Both the position numbers and the translations under genes were made by a program. DNA of 62,361 bases, counting the filler. It is 4 parts of 4 records of this genome, joined end to end, with 100 filler letters (N's around TTAATTAATTAA, not from the genome) between each part and the next. Parts side by side here need not be neighbours in the genome. Positions count along the whole stretch, not along the records: positions 1 to 30,834 come from SRR20825019_3005; positions 30,935 to 38,943 come from SRR20825019_3013; 2 more parts are not named here. One strand, given 5' to 3'. The notes under the pieces were generated by a model that saw only the letters and a program-made list of their open reading frames with translations, did not search any database and was not told where the DNA came from. This document shows, in pieces, positions 21,012 to 31,654 of the stretch (position 1 is its first letter; every line of letters starts with the position of its first letter).

Positions 21012-21467
21012 ATGGGATTTATTATGAAAAATGCGGGACACTTATTGAACAGTATTCCGTCAATGGTAGAAGAGAATTTTCCACGCGATTTTAAAGAGTG
21101 GGTAGATACGAATGTTGTGAACAAGTGGAACTCTCCGTCTGTAAACATTCAAGAAAAAAAGACGCTGTATGTTCTAGAGGTTGCAGCTCCAGGTTTCAAA
21201 AAAGAAGATTTTAATATCTCTTACCGAAACGAGCGACTGGTTATTTCCGCTGAACAAAAAGCATCGGAAGAAACATCAGAGGATGCAGGAAAGTACACTC
21301 GCCGCGAATTTAACTATGCACGTTTCGAGCGCGCATTCAAACTCGCAGAGAAATGGATCGAAAGTGACAAAATTCAAGCGAAATACGAAGATGGAATACT
21401 CTCCGTTTCAATTCCGAAAAAAGACACGACAGCTACAGACTATGACCACAAGATTGTAGTGGAATAA
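21012..21467 (+). CDS. Hsp20/alpha-crystallin small heat-shock protein
   Basis: PSVNIQE, AAPGFKKEDF, RREFNYARFERAF, AKYEDGILSVSIPK. Confidence 0.95.
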   Translation: MGFIMKNAGHLLNSIPSMVEENFPRDFKEWVDTNVVNKWNSPSVNIQEKKTLYVLEVAAPGFKKEDFNISYRNERLVISAEQKASEETSEDAGKYTRREFNYARFERAFKLAEKWIESDKIQAKYEDGILSVSIPKKDTTATDYDHKIVVE

Positions 21468-21490
21468 GAAGAAAAATTGGTTAGAGAGAG

Positions 21491-21517
21491 AGGGGATGCG
21501 AGAGCGCCCCTTTTTTT
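21491..21517 (+). terminator. Intrinsic terminator
   Basis: AGGGG..GC-GAGA-GCGCCCC followed by T7. Confidence 0.7.
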
Positions 21518-21635
21518 ATGCGCTAAAATTGAGTCAGCGCAACATAATGATCTGTTTTTGCAACAAAACAACAATCCGTTACTAACCCGATTTTGTAGGT
21601 TTGTTGGTATAGAATACTAACTAACTACTTTTAAA

Positions 21636-23609
21636 ATGTATAACCTAGAAGTTCACTATCTCGATGTCGGTCAAGGCGACTGTACTCTAATTGTTATTCG
21701 AGGCGAAGAGGAAGAAAACCAAACAACAGAATTTGACGAGCGAATACTTAAAACTATTCTGATCGATTGTGGGACGAAAGGTACCTCAACTATTGCTGGA
21801 AATGATTATTTCGCTAGTAGTACCGTGCCCTGGCAGGTATTAAACAGAAAATTACAACAACTACGAATACAGAGAATTGATATTTTAATCGTTACTCACT
21901 TTGATGAAGATCACTTCAATGGGATTGTAGCCATGCTTGAAGAATATCAAGCAATTGGCGAAAACCCGACTAGGAAAGAGCACATTCGCCTAAGAGGTTT
22001 ACTTACCGGAACGAAAATCTACGATCAAGGTGTTATCTTCCTAAAATCCCATGCTGCGTTCAGATCAGAACCCCCTGAATACTTTTCCATGTTGAATTCT
22101 CATAATTTAAGAGAGCAACCAATATGGTGGGATGCTGACCGAGAAGAAGAATATGATTCCGCGGAAACCTTCCGAGAAACTCTAACAAATTTTACGTACA
22201 ATACTGGGTTTGGACCTACATCAATATTACCAACAAAGAATAGAAAAGATCCTACTACGTCCTTTACGGGACAGGAACTATACGAAAAATACAGTAACGT
22301 TATTAAAAATAATAGAATAGAACGCCAAACGGAGCGCGTCTTTGTGGGTCATTTTACACAACATAAGGATGGGATAGGTCCTATTCTAAGCGATGCTTTT
22401 GATCCTAATGCAGGACCTGTCCCAGATGTCGCTCCTCCAGATTGGGTGCGCATTCAAAAAAAGCTATGGGGGCCAACCTCGTCCGTTCTAAATGAGGAAT
22501 ACATCTCTGATAGAAATTCTTTTTGGACGTGGGCTCGTAAATCGACCAATTTAACGATCCCTGGTAGAAGTAGTAGACCATCAAAGAGAACTAAAGGGTT
22601 TCGTTATATTCCCATTGAAAGAGCCCCTGAAATGTACTCTGTAAATGCACTTCCGTTAGACCACCTTATTGGTGAAGACATCCTCTTCGATACGTTTAAA
22701 GGGGCAATTCAGTTCACTTGTATTGCCGCAAATGGTCGAGCATTAAAAGAAATTGAACAAAATGGCCTCGATGAACACGGCAAGCCAATAAAAACTATAC
22801 GTACAAAGCGGGCATATTCGGGACAAGGAACCGACAATCACTTCGGTCTTGGTTTTCTCCTTAAGTATGAAAATTTTACTCATTGGTTCGGAGGAGATCT
22901 TGAACAAGAACAAGAAGAGGCAAGCATTGATGCAATGCATATGTTAGCTCCAAAAGGTCTCACTGCGATGAAAGCCAGTCATCATGGTAGCAACAAGGCT
23001 TCAACAAATATTTTTTTACGAGAATTGACCCCGGCCGTGGTGTTTATTTCCGCTGGAAAAGATGGAAACCAACTTCCTGGTGTTGAAACACTTAATCGTC
23101 TCAATAATCATTCATTTGTTAAGCATGTATTTATGACGGGAACCGATGAATACAAAGAAAAAAATATGAGCCGTCTACCAGATAACTTTCCCTATAATTT
23201 AACAATTACTACACCAAACAGCAAGTTTTTTATAGCCGGATCGGAAGATGCGCCAGGTGATATTAAATTGAGTGTATCTTCTACTGACGCCTTGGAAATG
23301 TCTGGAAAAGTAGAGTTTATTGACCAAAATAGATTGTTTTACTTGAAGGATCCTTCTTCCTTCTCTCGATCCGTAGAACTATTCAGGAAACCTGCACCAA
23401 GATTCTTACAATTGTCTTCGCTAGATATTATTGAATACGTCGATACTAACAACGATCGAATGGATGTTGATCCTGAATTTACTAATGATGTAATTCTCAT
23501 TCGTCCATCGCACATACATGATTCGAACCCAGAGAAAACAATTCTGAGGGGAACGATAAAATCACAAATCAACAGAATTTCATTCCAAAAACCAACCACT
23601 AAAGAATAA
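21636..23609 (+). CDS. ComEC/Rec2-like metallo-beta-lactamase-fold hydrolase with large insertions
   Basis: LDVGQGD, LIDCG, THFDEDH (HxDxDH), GGDL, KASHHGS, FISAG; no signal peptide or TM; TAGGTTTG -7 element at 21596-21603. Confidence 0.85.
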   Translation: MYNLEVHYLDVGQGDCTLIVIRGEEEENQTTEFDERILKTILIDCGTKGTSTIAGNDYFASSTVPWQVLNRKLQQLRIQRIDILIVTHFDEDHFNGIVAMLEEYQAIGENPTRKEHIRLRGLLTGTKIYDQGVIFLKSHAAFRSEPPEYFSMLNSHNLREQPIWWDADREEEYDSAETFRETLTNFTYNTGFGPTSILPTKNRKDPTTSFTGQELYEKYSNVIKNNRIERQTERVFVGHFTQHKDGIGPILSDAFDPNAGPVPDVAPPDWVRIQKKLWGPTSSVLNEEYISDRNSFWTWARKSTNLTIPGRSSRPSKRTKGFRYIPIERAPEMYSVNALPLDHLIGEDILFDTFKGAIQFTCIAANGRALKEIEQNGLDEHGKPIKTIRTKRAYSGQGTDNHFGLGFLLKYENFTHWFGGDLEQEQEEASIDAMHMLAPKGLTAMKASHHGSNKASTNIFLRELTPAVVFISAGKDGNQLPGVETLNRLNNHSFVKHVFMTGTDEYKEKNMSRLPDNFPYNLTITTPNSKFFIAGSEDAPGDIKLSVSSTDALEMSGKVEFIDQNRLFYLKDPSSFSRSVELFRKPAPRFLQLSSLDIIEYVDTNNDRMDVDPEFTNDVILIRPSHIHDSNPEKTILRGTIKSQINRISFQKPTTKE

Positions 23610-23611
23610 TC

Positions 23612-26600
23612 ATGGAAAAAGAACTAACCATTGGTGACTCACTGTTAATAAGTCTTGACCAACTAGATTCAGCAGTTACCAAACGACTACTGTACAATCT
23701 AACAGACGATCAAAGGAGCTTAACAATTGAAGAAATAACACTACAAGATCAGATTCAAATTATTTCTGGAAATTTAAATAACATCACTTGGTCGATTCCA
23801 GGTATTTTACCTACCATAATAGATCTTTACTTAACAATTAGAGTCGAGTATATTGCTCACCAGAACCTTGTGCAAATAGAAAAAATATCCGGTGTATTTA
23901 CGCTAGACAATGAACATGTTCCATTCATTGGAAGAGAGACAAAAACGGGGGAAATACTTTTACACATTGATTCCGAGTCGAGCTCGAATCTTACATGGAA
24001 CAAAATATACACCCTTTTTCCCGCAACAAATAATCAAATTGAAAACATTTTGTCCACTCAAGAGCAACTTCTCTCGTCTGACATATTGATTGGTCTTGAA
24101 GGTGGTTTCATGACACTCTTGCACTCTACTACCTTTCAACTAAATAGTCAGTTTATTCCACTTCTCAAAAACGGAATAGCCGATGATTCAACGATAACCT
24201 TTACGCACTTTTTGCCAACTGGATCCGCACCGACACCACCTCTTCATTCTTGGTTTGCCCAAGGTAATTTCACTATCAAGAATTCACCGTACTTTAGTAT
24301 AAGACCTTCGCTAAACGGAGGTATGCATGCAGACCTTTTTTCTGGAGACAATGGTCTTCCGAGTCTTTCCGAAATTGCTGATTTCTTTGGATTTCACGAG
24401 CTTTCTGGCAAGCTAGCCTCATCATTCGAAGCACTACCCTTTTTCAAGAGTTCACTAATTGATGAATTAACCTTAAGCCAACTGTCTTTTACCATAGGTA
24501 CAGATCGTAGTTCATTCATCGATGCAACTATTTCCGGATCAACCAAATTAGACAACTATCAATTCAACTTCTCCTTCACACTTCCTCATTTTTCGCTAAA
24601 CCTAGCATTGGAAAAAACTACACCCATTCCCGTTAATGTCATTGTTAACTCATTTTTTCCAGGCGGAGTAGGACTCTCCGACGGCATGGAGATTTCTCAA
24701 TTAGAAGGATCTATTAACACAGAACCCCTCTCTATTGAATTTGGGTTGAGTGTAAAAAATATTTGGAAATTTGACATTGGAAAAACTCCTTTCGAGTTAC
24801 AAGAAGTAAGTGTTTCCTTCCTAAAACGACGAGACCAAAATAGTAGAGGTAGTATTCGCGCCCTGCTCCAATTAGGCTCTGTTGACTTTCAGTTATCTGC
24901 TGCAAATCAAGCGGAAAGCAGTTCCGAAGGATGGTTATTCGAAACAATTGTCGCCCAAAACGCAGGAATTAGCTTAAAAAATATCGTATCCCAATTTGCG
25001 GAGTGGTTTCACTTTGAATCGCCAAAGGATTTGCCCAATATTACACTGAATGACATTCACCTAAGCTTTCACACTAAATCGCATGAATTTAGACTTAGTG
25101 GAACTGCTATTCTTGAAGAAAATTTTGGCGCACTACAAAAAGGTGAAATTACTCTTTCAGTTGGCCTTTCAAAAGAACAAGGTGATGAGAAGCATACACT
25201 CGAAATTATTTTAAACGGAAGCATAACCATAAATCAAGCTGTACTGGCATTCGAAGCGAACTTCGGCACATCTGATTGGGGCTTTCATCTCAACTGGAAC
25301 GAAACCGAAGGAGTCAGGTTAAATTTACTAGAACTCGTTCATGCAATTGACCCAAACGCTGATTTATCAAGTATTCCACAAGAAGTTACAAACGCCTTTA
25401 CCATTTCATCGGCCGATTTATCTTACCAGCATAACAATCGTGAAATTTCCATGTCCATGTCCACAAAAGGTGGAGAACATGCCGTCTTTTCGGCCCAAAA
25501 ACCAAATGGAAAACTTGATGTACTTTTAGGTGTTGGTTACAAAAAAGCAGAAGACCTTCCTACTAACCTTGGAAGTCAACTATCGAATATTAAGAATATT
25601 GACCTAAATGAACTTTGGTTTCTTGTAGGAAAACTATCCTCTGGAAATTCACTCCCAGAACTCCCCATTGTATTTCCTTTCGACTTTAAAACGAACGACT
25701 CTGAGGCTTTCATAAAACTAATGGCTGTTCTTGATCTAGAATCTGGTCATAGTCACCCTGGTTTGGCTTCCCTTAAAGAGCATTTACCAGATCCTGAACT
25801 AATTCTTATTGCAGCTATAACTGAAAAGAAAGGAGAGGTTGGCATTACCCTTAAAGCCGAACTATCAGGAGACCTTGAAATTCCATTAAGCGATGAAAAC
25901 GTGCTAGCTTTGGAAGATTGTTACCTTCAATTCGATTATCACGATAGCCTTTTTGAAATAATCCTCGGAGGAACGATGCACTTCGTTATTGATCATTTAC
26001 CCATTTCTCCTTCTCTTCAACTCATAGTAAGTAATCATGGATTAGAAGCCGAAGTAGACTTAACATTTGGTGACGATATCCACGAAGGTTGGCACCCATT
26101 TGGCATTGAAGGACTGACCGTAGATAAAATTGGACTCCTTCTCGGTATCGACTTTGAAACCTCTGGGATAGAATTTGGTCTCTTTGGAAAATTTTCAATT
26201 ACCGATCAAAAGCATGGTTCTGAAGCTAAGAAGAACAATATAGACTTCGGAATAGTGCTCGAGATGATTGGTGAGGTTCCAAACCCTGAATATTTTGCGT
26301 TGAATATTCAAGAGATTGATTTTACCGAACTCGCAAAACTATTCATCGGAACCTCAAAAGATGGAACCAACTCAATAACTTCTACCTTAAAAGGTGAAAA
26401 TCTGTCTATTTATTGGGCGGAAAAAGTGCTTACACTTCCTGATGGGACAAAAACAAATCCATTATTTGGACTGCATGGAGAGTTTGATATTTTTGGATGG
26501 AAAGCGTACGCCCATCTGGACGTTCATGCGGATTCTGGAATTCGTGGTGATGCTCAAACCGATAAAATTGATTGGGGAATTTTTCAGCTTTCAGGGAACG

Positions 26601-28021
26601 GCAAGGAACTAATCATATACAAAGACAATCAAGGAAATATTGTTTCTAATGCAGACATCCGTAATCGCTCTGAAGACCAAACCGTAAAACCTTTTACGAT
26701 AGTCCATGCTGGTGGTCCAGTTATTCATTTCGACAGTTCAACGTCTCCCTTTCTAAATGCGAGTATTCATGCTAGGCTTCTCAGTTTTATTCACGCTGAA
26801 CTGGACGCTGAAATAACCAATACTGGATTCCTTTTTAACCTTCACTTTGAAATAGAACATATAACCAATTTTAGGTTGCACTGTGAACTTAAGGAAGGTA
26901 CAGATCTTACTGTAGATGGAAATTTCTTCGCTGGAATTCAGCTAGAACCATTAATTACTGCATTCAATCCTTTCCCAATTGAATTGGGTGTATTTGCAAA
27001 CATTCATCTGCACGTGAACGCAGCCGAACCACAAAAGTTTCAGTTATCCCTAAACGGAGGATTAGATGTTATGGGGGTAGAAATTCCATTTGTTGCCGTT
27101 AATGTGAAAGACTTCCCCGAAGACGCTAAGTTAATTCCACTCTGGCTTGCCGTTACTTTCACTGAAAATATTTTCCCAGGACTTCATGAATTATTTCAAA
27201 AGGCGTATGACGAACTCAAAAGTCAGCACAAACCCTTTGATGAGGCCAAGTATGCAGCTGCACTTGAGTTATTAGACTTTGCAGAGGCATGGAAAACATT
27301 TGTAGAAGAAGACATTGAAGAACTGAACCGTGAGCTTCATACTTCTGCACAAACTGCACGTGATTTGGCTAAAAAGATAACCAATCAGTTAGGCACCACC
27401 AGAAATGAAGGAAACAGCCTTAATAATAACGTAAAAGCCAAGCATGTTAGTGAAACAAAGCGATTAGATGAACAGGCCAAGCAGGTTGTAGATCAATCTC
27501 TGACCATTCGACAAAAAACATTTGATCGAAATGCGATTTGGATTGCTAATCACAGGAGGGAAATTAGAGAAATTAAAGATGAACAAACTCTTCTTCGCTC
27601 CACCATTAATGCATTTTGGGATGAACATGTACAAGAGTTCTCATCTGCAAAAACACCATCGGAGTTTCACCTTAAACTAATCGAAGTGAGCGAACTTGTT
27701 CAACAGCGAGTAGAAGCGCTAAAACTTCCCATTCCCGATGAGCATTTAACCTCTTTTGAAAACGGAGAACACCTTCATCGTACCAATGCTACTAACGATG
27801 ATTACAATCACTTCTTAAATGTCGAAGCCCGTTATCAACTATACCCCGAAATTAGCGGTAAATATACACCTCAAGCGGTCAATCATCATGCAACGATGAT
27901 ACGCACAGAACGTGTTTCAAGTGCCCGAGAATTGGCCATTACATGGGAAGCTGAACAACAAGCAACAACAATTATTGAACGAGCGCTTGAAGAAATGCGC
28001 GCTTTTTCAGCATCTAACTAA
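23612..28021 (+). CDS. Giant hypothetical protein: long amphipathic beta-strand region plus C-terminal helical/coiled-coil region
   Basis: 1469-aa ORF starting 2 nt after the MBL gene; alternating hydrophobic strands for ~1170 aa, then a charged helical tail. Confidence 0.8.
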   Translation: MEKELTIGDSLLISLDQLDSAVTKRLLYNLTDDQRSLTIEEITLQDQIQIISGNLNNITWSIPGILPTIIDLYLTIRVEYIAHQNLVQIEKISGVFTLDNEHVPFIGRETKTGEILLHIDSESSSNLTWNKIYTLFPATNNQIENILSTQEQLLSSDILIGLEGGFMTLLHSTTFQLNSQFIPLLKNGIADDSTITFTHFLPTGSAPTPPLHSWFAQGNFTIKNSPYFSIRPSLNGGMHADLFSGDNGLPSLSEIADFFGFHELSGKLASSFEALPFFKSSLIDELTLSQLSFTIGTDRSSFIDATISGSTKLDNYQFNFSFTLPHFSLNLALEKTTPIPVNVIVNSFFPGGVGLSDGMEISQLEGSINTEPLSIEFGLSVKNIWKFDIGKTPFELQEVSVSFLKRRDQNSRGSIRALLQLGSVDFQLSAANQAESSSEGWLFETIVAQNAGISLKNIVSQFAEWFHFESPKDLPNITLNDIHLSFHTKSHEFRLSGTAILEENFGALQKGEITLSVGLSKEQGDEKHTLEIILNGSITINQAVLAFEANFGTSDWGFHLNWNETEGVRLNLLELVHAIDPNADLSSIPQEVTNAFTISSADLSYQHNNREISMSMSTKGGEHAVFSAQKPNGKLDVLLGVGYKKAEDLPTNLGSQLSNIKNIDLNELWFLVGKLSSGNSLPELPIVFPFDFKTNDSEAFIKLMAVLDLESGHSHPGLASLKEHLPDPELILIAAITEKKGEVGITLKAELSGDLEIPLSDENVLALEDCYLQFDYHDSLFEIILGGTMHFVIDHLPISPSLQLIVSNHGLEAEVDLTFGDDIHEGWHPFGIEGLTVDKIGLLLGIDFETSGIEFGLFGKFSITDQKHGSEAKKNNIDFGIVLEMIGEVPNPEYFALNIQEIDFTELAKLFIGTSKDGTNSITSTLKGENLSIYWAEKVLTLPDGTKTNPLFGLHGEFDIFGWKAYAHLDVHADSGIRGDAQTDKIDWGIFQLSGNGKELIIYKDNQGNIVSNADIRNRSEDQTVKPFTIVHAGGPVIHFDSSTSPFLNASIHARLLSFIHAELDAEITNTGFLFNLHFEIEHITNFRLHCELKEGTDLTVDGNFFAGIQLEPLITAFNPFPIELGVFANIHLHVNAAEPQKFQLSLNGGLDVMGVEIPFVAVNVKDFPEDAKLIPLWLAVTFTENIFPGLHELFQKAYDELKSQHKPFDEAKYAAALELLDFAEAWKTFVEEDIEELNRELHTSAQTARDLAKKITNQLGTTRNEGNSLNNNVKAKHVSETKRLDEQAKQVVDQSLTIRQKTFDRNAIWIANHRREIREIKDEQTLLRSTINAFWDEHVQEFSSAKTPSEFHLKLIEVSELVQQRVEALKLPIPDEHLTSFENGEHLHRTNATNDDYNHFLNVEARYQLYPEISGKYTPQAVNHHATMIRTERVSSARELAITWEAEQQATTIIERALEEMRAFSASN

Positions 28022-28033
28022 AACCACAAAAAA

Positions 28034-30139
28034 ATGTCAAACGATAAAGTAAGCAAACTCGAAGAACTACTCGCCACATACGATGATAGTGTTCTGGATT
28101 TAGTGCATGAACACATGCAACAAAATAATAACGATGTTCGAGAGATGCGCATCGACGGTCACCCTGACACCCAAGCAGTTATTGATCGGGCACATGCGCT
28201 CCTGAATCAAGCAAATAGAATGGGACAGATTCATATCACAGAGCATCATACTGGAAGTCCACGTATTTTCTTCTCAGCAGGTAAAACCGTTAGCATGTGG
28301 AAAAACGGCGAGATTTCAAAAGTCCATATCGGTAAGAATTCTCATCCCGTGCGATCACTCACGTTCTCTTCCTACAAAGGAGCAGATGGAAAAAATTATG
28401 AGTTTGTTCACTTTCTTCTCGAAAAAAACACCATTCAACATCAACAAATTTCCATTAGTCTAGGAAATGATCAACAACAAATTCCAGGAAGCACCATTTT
28501 CGATATTGTTTACAACAATTATGATGCTTATTACTTGACCAATGAAGGGTTAGGAGTCGTTGAAATCACCTTTAACCACACAAAAGAGCAAACCATTATT
28601 CATCATGGTCACCGTAACATTCAAATTCCAGGTGGATTTACAGAAAAATCTAGAATAGAACCACGAATGACATTGGATGCTTCCAAAAAGCGCATGTACA
28701 TAATGGATCTAAATCGCGGTATCATTATGCTCGATTTAAACGCAAAAAATCCAACCCCCATACAAATCTTCACACTAAACCAACTCGCTTCACCTGTTAG
28801 CATTGCGTTTGATGAAGAGCAGCGGTTTTTACTAATTCACGATTCAGCTACCAAAAAAATATATGCTCATTCTGTAGATGCTAAATCTTCTTATCCAGCA
28901 TTTGCAAACTTTGGTCAATACCTTAAATTCCCTTCGGAATCTTTGCAATCTGGGACTGAATTTACCTTTAGTTGCTGGCTTAAGAAAGACGGTGTTCGCT
29001 CTAAAAGTTGGGAAGATCGATACAAAGACAGGCTATTAGGATTTCACTTTAGTCAAGACGAAAACTACCTTGTTTACCAGTACATTGTAGATGGAAAGCC
29101 CGTGAGCGAAACCCTTTATTTAGGAAATCTACAACGAGATAGCTGGTTTCATTTTGCATGGGTAAAACGAGGTCGTGAGTTCGAATTTTTTATAGATGGA
29201 AAAACGATTGGAACAACCTATGCTCCTGAATCGATTGATACATCTCGAAGAATTCCTAACAATCCCTTTGAATTCAACTTTAGTGTTCCTGGATATTTAG
29301 CTTCAGAAATTAGACTTTGGAACGTAGCCAAAGCGGCTAGTGAAATTAAAGATGCCATGAAACGATGGGTGACTAATCAACCCGAGATTGAAACCCTCTC
29401 GGGCTATTGGAGGCCAGAAGTAAATAACGGGGATACACTTTGGAAAAGTTCCGACCCAACAATTAAAGATTTGTCTGGACACGGAAATCACTGTGTTGGG
29501 AAAAGCATCCAATGGAAAATGGAAAGCTCTCCTTTAGATAAACTCATTCCTATTTATTCCACAAATTCTTGGAGTCGTCCTCATCAAGGGTTCACAGTAG
29601 ACTCACCTTTAAATCATATTTATTGGGTAGAAAATAAAATCGGTGGAAAAAACTTACTATTCAGGGGAAGTACATTAGCACACCTACCTGCAACACTTGT
29701 TTCAAATGTGCCAAACGACATCTTCGGTATTCATGCGGTAAGTGGCAGCAATAATGCATTTGAAGAACTCATATTAGCGCACAAAAAACGTCGAGACGCT
29801 TTTCAAAATATGATCCAAGAAATTTCTCATCAATTTGAAAGTGGACATCAGAATGTCATTCAAAATCATACGACTGTTTTAAATGCACATGGAACGGCTG
29901 ATGATCATGCTCAAAATGCCCAAAACAACAGAGAAGAGCGGAACGAAGTGCAACAGCAATTCGCTATTGTACTAGATGAAATGCATATCGCTGAAAAGAC
30001 GCTGGAACGCGAAACCGCAGACAAGCGTATTGCGGCAATAGCTCGAGCTCAGGAAATCGTATCAAACGCACATCTTGAGGCAAGTCGAATTAGACGAGAA
30101 ACGGGAGAACGCCTTTTAGCGGAAAGACGAAAAAAATAG
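28034..30139 (+). CDS. Beta-propeller-like + LamG/concanavalin-like + coiled-coil protein
   Basis: LamG motifs FTFSCWLK, WFHFAWV, FFIDGK, SEIRLWN, LSGYW, DLSGHGNH; blade-like LDASKKRMYIMD, SIAFDEE, TVDSPLNHIYWVE. Confidence 0.8.
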   Translation: MSNDKVSKLEELLATYDDSVLDLVHEHMQQNNNDVREMRIDGHPDTQAVIDRAHALLNQANRMGQIHITEHHTGSPRIFFSAGKTVSMWKNGEISKVHIGKNSHPVRSLTFSSYKGADGKNYEFVHFLLEKNTIQHQQISISLGNDQQQIPGSTIFDIVYNNYDAYYLTNEGLGVVEITFNHTKEQTIIHHGHRNIQIPGGFTEKSRIEPRMTLDASKKRMYIMDLNRGIIMLDLNAKNPTPIQIFTLNQLASPVSIAFDEEQRFLLIHDSATKKIYAHSVDAKSSYPAFANFGQYLKFPSESLQSGTEFTFSCWLKKDGVRSKSWEDRYKDRLLGFHFSQDENYLVYQYIVDGKPVSETLYLGNLQRDSWFHFAWVKRGREFEFFIDGKTIGTTYAPESIDTSRRIPNNPFEFNFSVPGYLASEIRLWNVAKAASEIKDAMKRWVTNQPEIETLSGYWRPEVNNGDTLWKSSDPTIKDLSGHGNHCVGKSIQWKMESSPLDKLIPIYSTNSWSRPHQGFTVDSPLNHIYWVENKIGGKNLLFRGSTLAHLPATLVSNVPNDIFGIHAVSGSNNAFEELILAHKKRRDAFQNMIQEISHQFESGHQNVIQNHTTVLNAHGTADDHAQNAQNNREERNEVQQQFAIVLDEMHIAEKTLERETADKRIAAIARAQEIVSNAHLEASRIRRETGERLLAERRKK

Positions 30140-30150
30140 TCTCTACAAAC

Positions 30151-30194
30151 AAAAAACCAAGCGTCTGATGTAATATCAAACGCTTGGTTTTTTT
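30151..30194. terminator. Bidirectional intrinsic terminator
   Basis: AAAAAACCAAGCGT...ACGCTTGGTTTTTTT between convergent genes. Confidence 0.85.
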
Positions 30195-30269
30195 ATAATC
30201 TATTTTCTGCGAATTGCGTGCTTAATTTTGACAAAAAAGTTGAACTCTTAAATCCTAGTTCGGTTAGAG

Positions 30270-30833
30270 TTATTCTATGACAAACTGCTGTGTCGTTTTG
30301 TCTGTCACTAAGAAATAAATTCCTGGAGCAACATCAATGTCTACTGCAGTGATTCCTTGTTTCGGAAGTATTCTCGCTACTTCCTTACCGATTGGGTCTA
30401 CAATTTTAATGATTTCGAAGATTTCCGGTGATTTTATTTCAAGTGTAAACGTTCCATTATTCGGGTTCGGATACAGACGAATCATTTTTGAAGATTCAAC
30501 CTCTTCCAATCCAACATTTGCTACTTCAACGCATGCTGACGTATCTGAACAACCATTTTCAGTAACAATCACGGCATAATTTCCATTCACACTTGCAGTA
30601 AATGTATCATTGGTTTCTCCCACAATTGGAGCGTTTCCATTGTCGCAATCAATCCATTGGTAGACTGCTCCCGAAGGACTCGCAATAAGCGTTGGAGAAT
30701 TATCGGAAATTGACGCGGTTGCTGAGTTAATCGTTAAGTCAAGTGTCACAATAGAATCGCAGCCAACGGAGTTCTGTAAAGTAAATGTTGCTGAATTATT
30801 GGAAGAGTTGTATGTAATTCCATCCATCCACGT
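30270..30833 (-). CDS. T9SS-secreted protein, C-terminal part (5' cut by contig end)
   Basis: GCDSIVTLDLTIN repeat, YQWIDC, LYPNPNNG...GIYFL CTD. Confidence 0.85.
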   Translation of the reverse strand, partial: TWMDGITYNSSNNSATFTLQNSVGCDSIVTLDLTINSATASISDNSPTLIASPSGAVYQWIDCDNGNAPIVGETNDTFTASVNGNYAVIVTENGCSDTSACVEVANVGLEEVESSKMIRLYPNPNNGTFTLEIKSPEIFEIIKIVDPIGKEVARILPKQGITAVDIDVAPGIYFLVTDKTTQQFVIE

Positions 30834-30834
30834 G

Positions 30835-30934
30835 NNNNNNNNNNNNNNNNNNNNNNNNNNNNNNNNNNNNNNNNNNNNTTAATTAATTAANNNNNNNNNN
30901 NNNNNNNNNNNNNNNNNNNNNNNNNNNNNNNNNN
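30835..30934. other. Artificial contig linker
   Basis: 44 N + TTAATTAATTAA (stops in all frames) + 44 N; composition changes abruptly. Confidence 0.98.
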
Positions 30935-31654
30935 CTGGCAAGCAGGTCCCCAGCGAGGAGCGGAACTGGGCAGTGTGCCGGCGGCGGGCGGCGCGCACCC
31001 TCACAGCCTTATGGGATGGGGATCATGTGAACTAACCTCGGATCACTGTCGTTCCCATTCCTGGGAACTCCCAGACCCGCGCTCGGGGCCGCCTGCTCGT
31101 CGGCCGAGTGATGAATCATAATTTATTCTGATTAGTTTGAAACAGCTGAGCCCCGCGGAGCCCCCAACTGAACCCCATGGCGCCCTTCCGAAGTGCACGA
31201 TCACGGATCCGATCCGCCTGCCGCGGGGTCGTCACTGGTGAGGTGTCGGCGTAGGTAACGAGATGTTTGAGTTTGTCCGCAGTGTTCGCGGCACCCAGGG
31301 GCACTCCCAAATGACTCAACCGGGCCGGGCGGCTGACGGCAGAAGCGGCCCGTTTGCAAATCAAATCAGTGGGGCGCCGAACGACAAGCCGGACAGTCCG
31401 ATCACCACGAATTTCTATATTTAGAACCAATGCTCCCTCAAGCGTTCCCAGTTACCGAGCACCCTGCATGCTGCTAACAACCGTCACTGCCTCAGTGATG
31501 GCAGCCCGACTCGCGGCGGCTGCTGCGGCTGCTGCTGTTGACCGCAGGGCGTGTGACTGCCTTCCTCACGCTGGCACGTTCACACTACAAATATGAAAAA
31601 GAACCAACCAGCCCTAGGCGGGGCCCGGGGTGAACTTGTTTGTGGTGACCTGAG

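Noticed and set aside
21636-23609. Competence gene comEC or an antibiotic beta-lactamase
   Set aside because: No membrane competence domain or signal peptide; only the MBL fold is supported
31108-31149. Box C/D snoRNA-like GTGATGA...CTGA...CTGA in an AT-rich patch
   Set aside because: Only about 42 nt, the second guide is too short and I recognise no rRNA complement; snoscan would be needed
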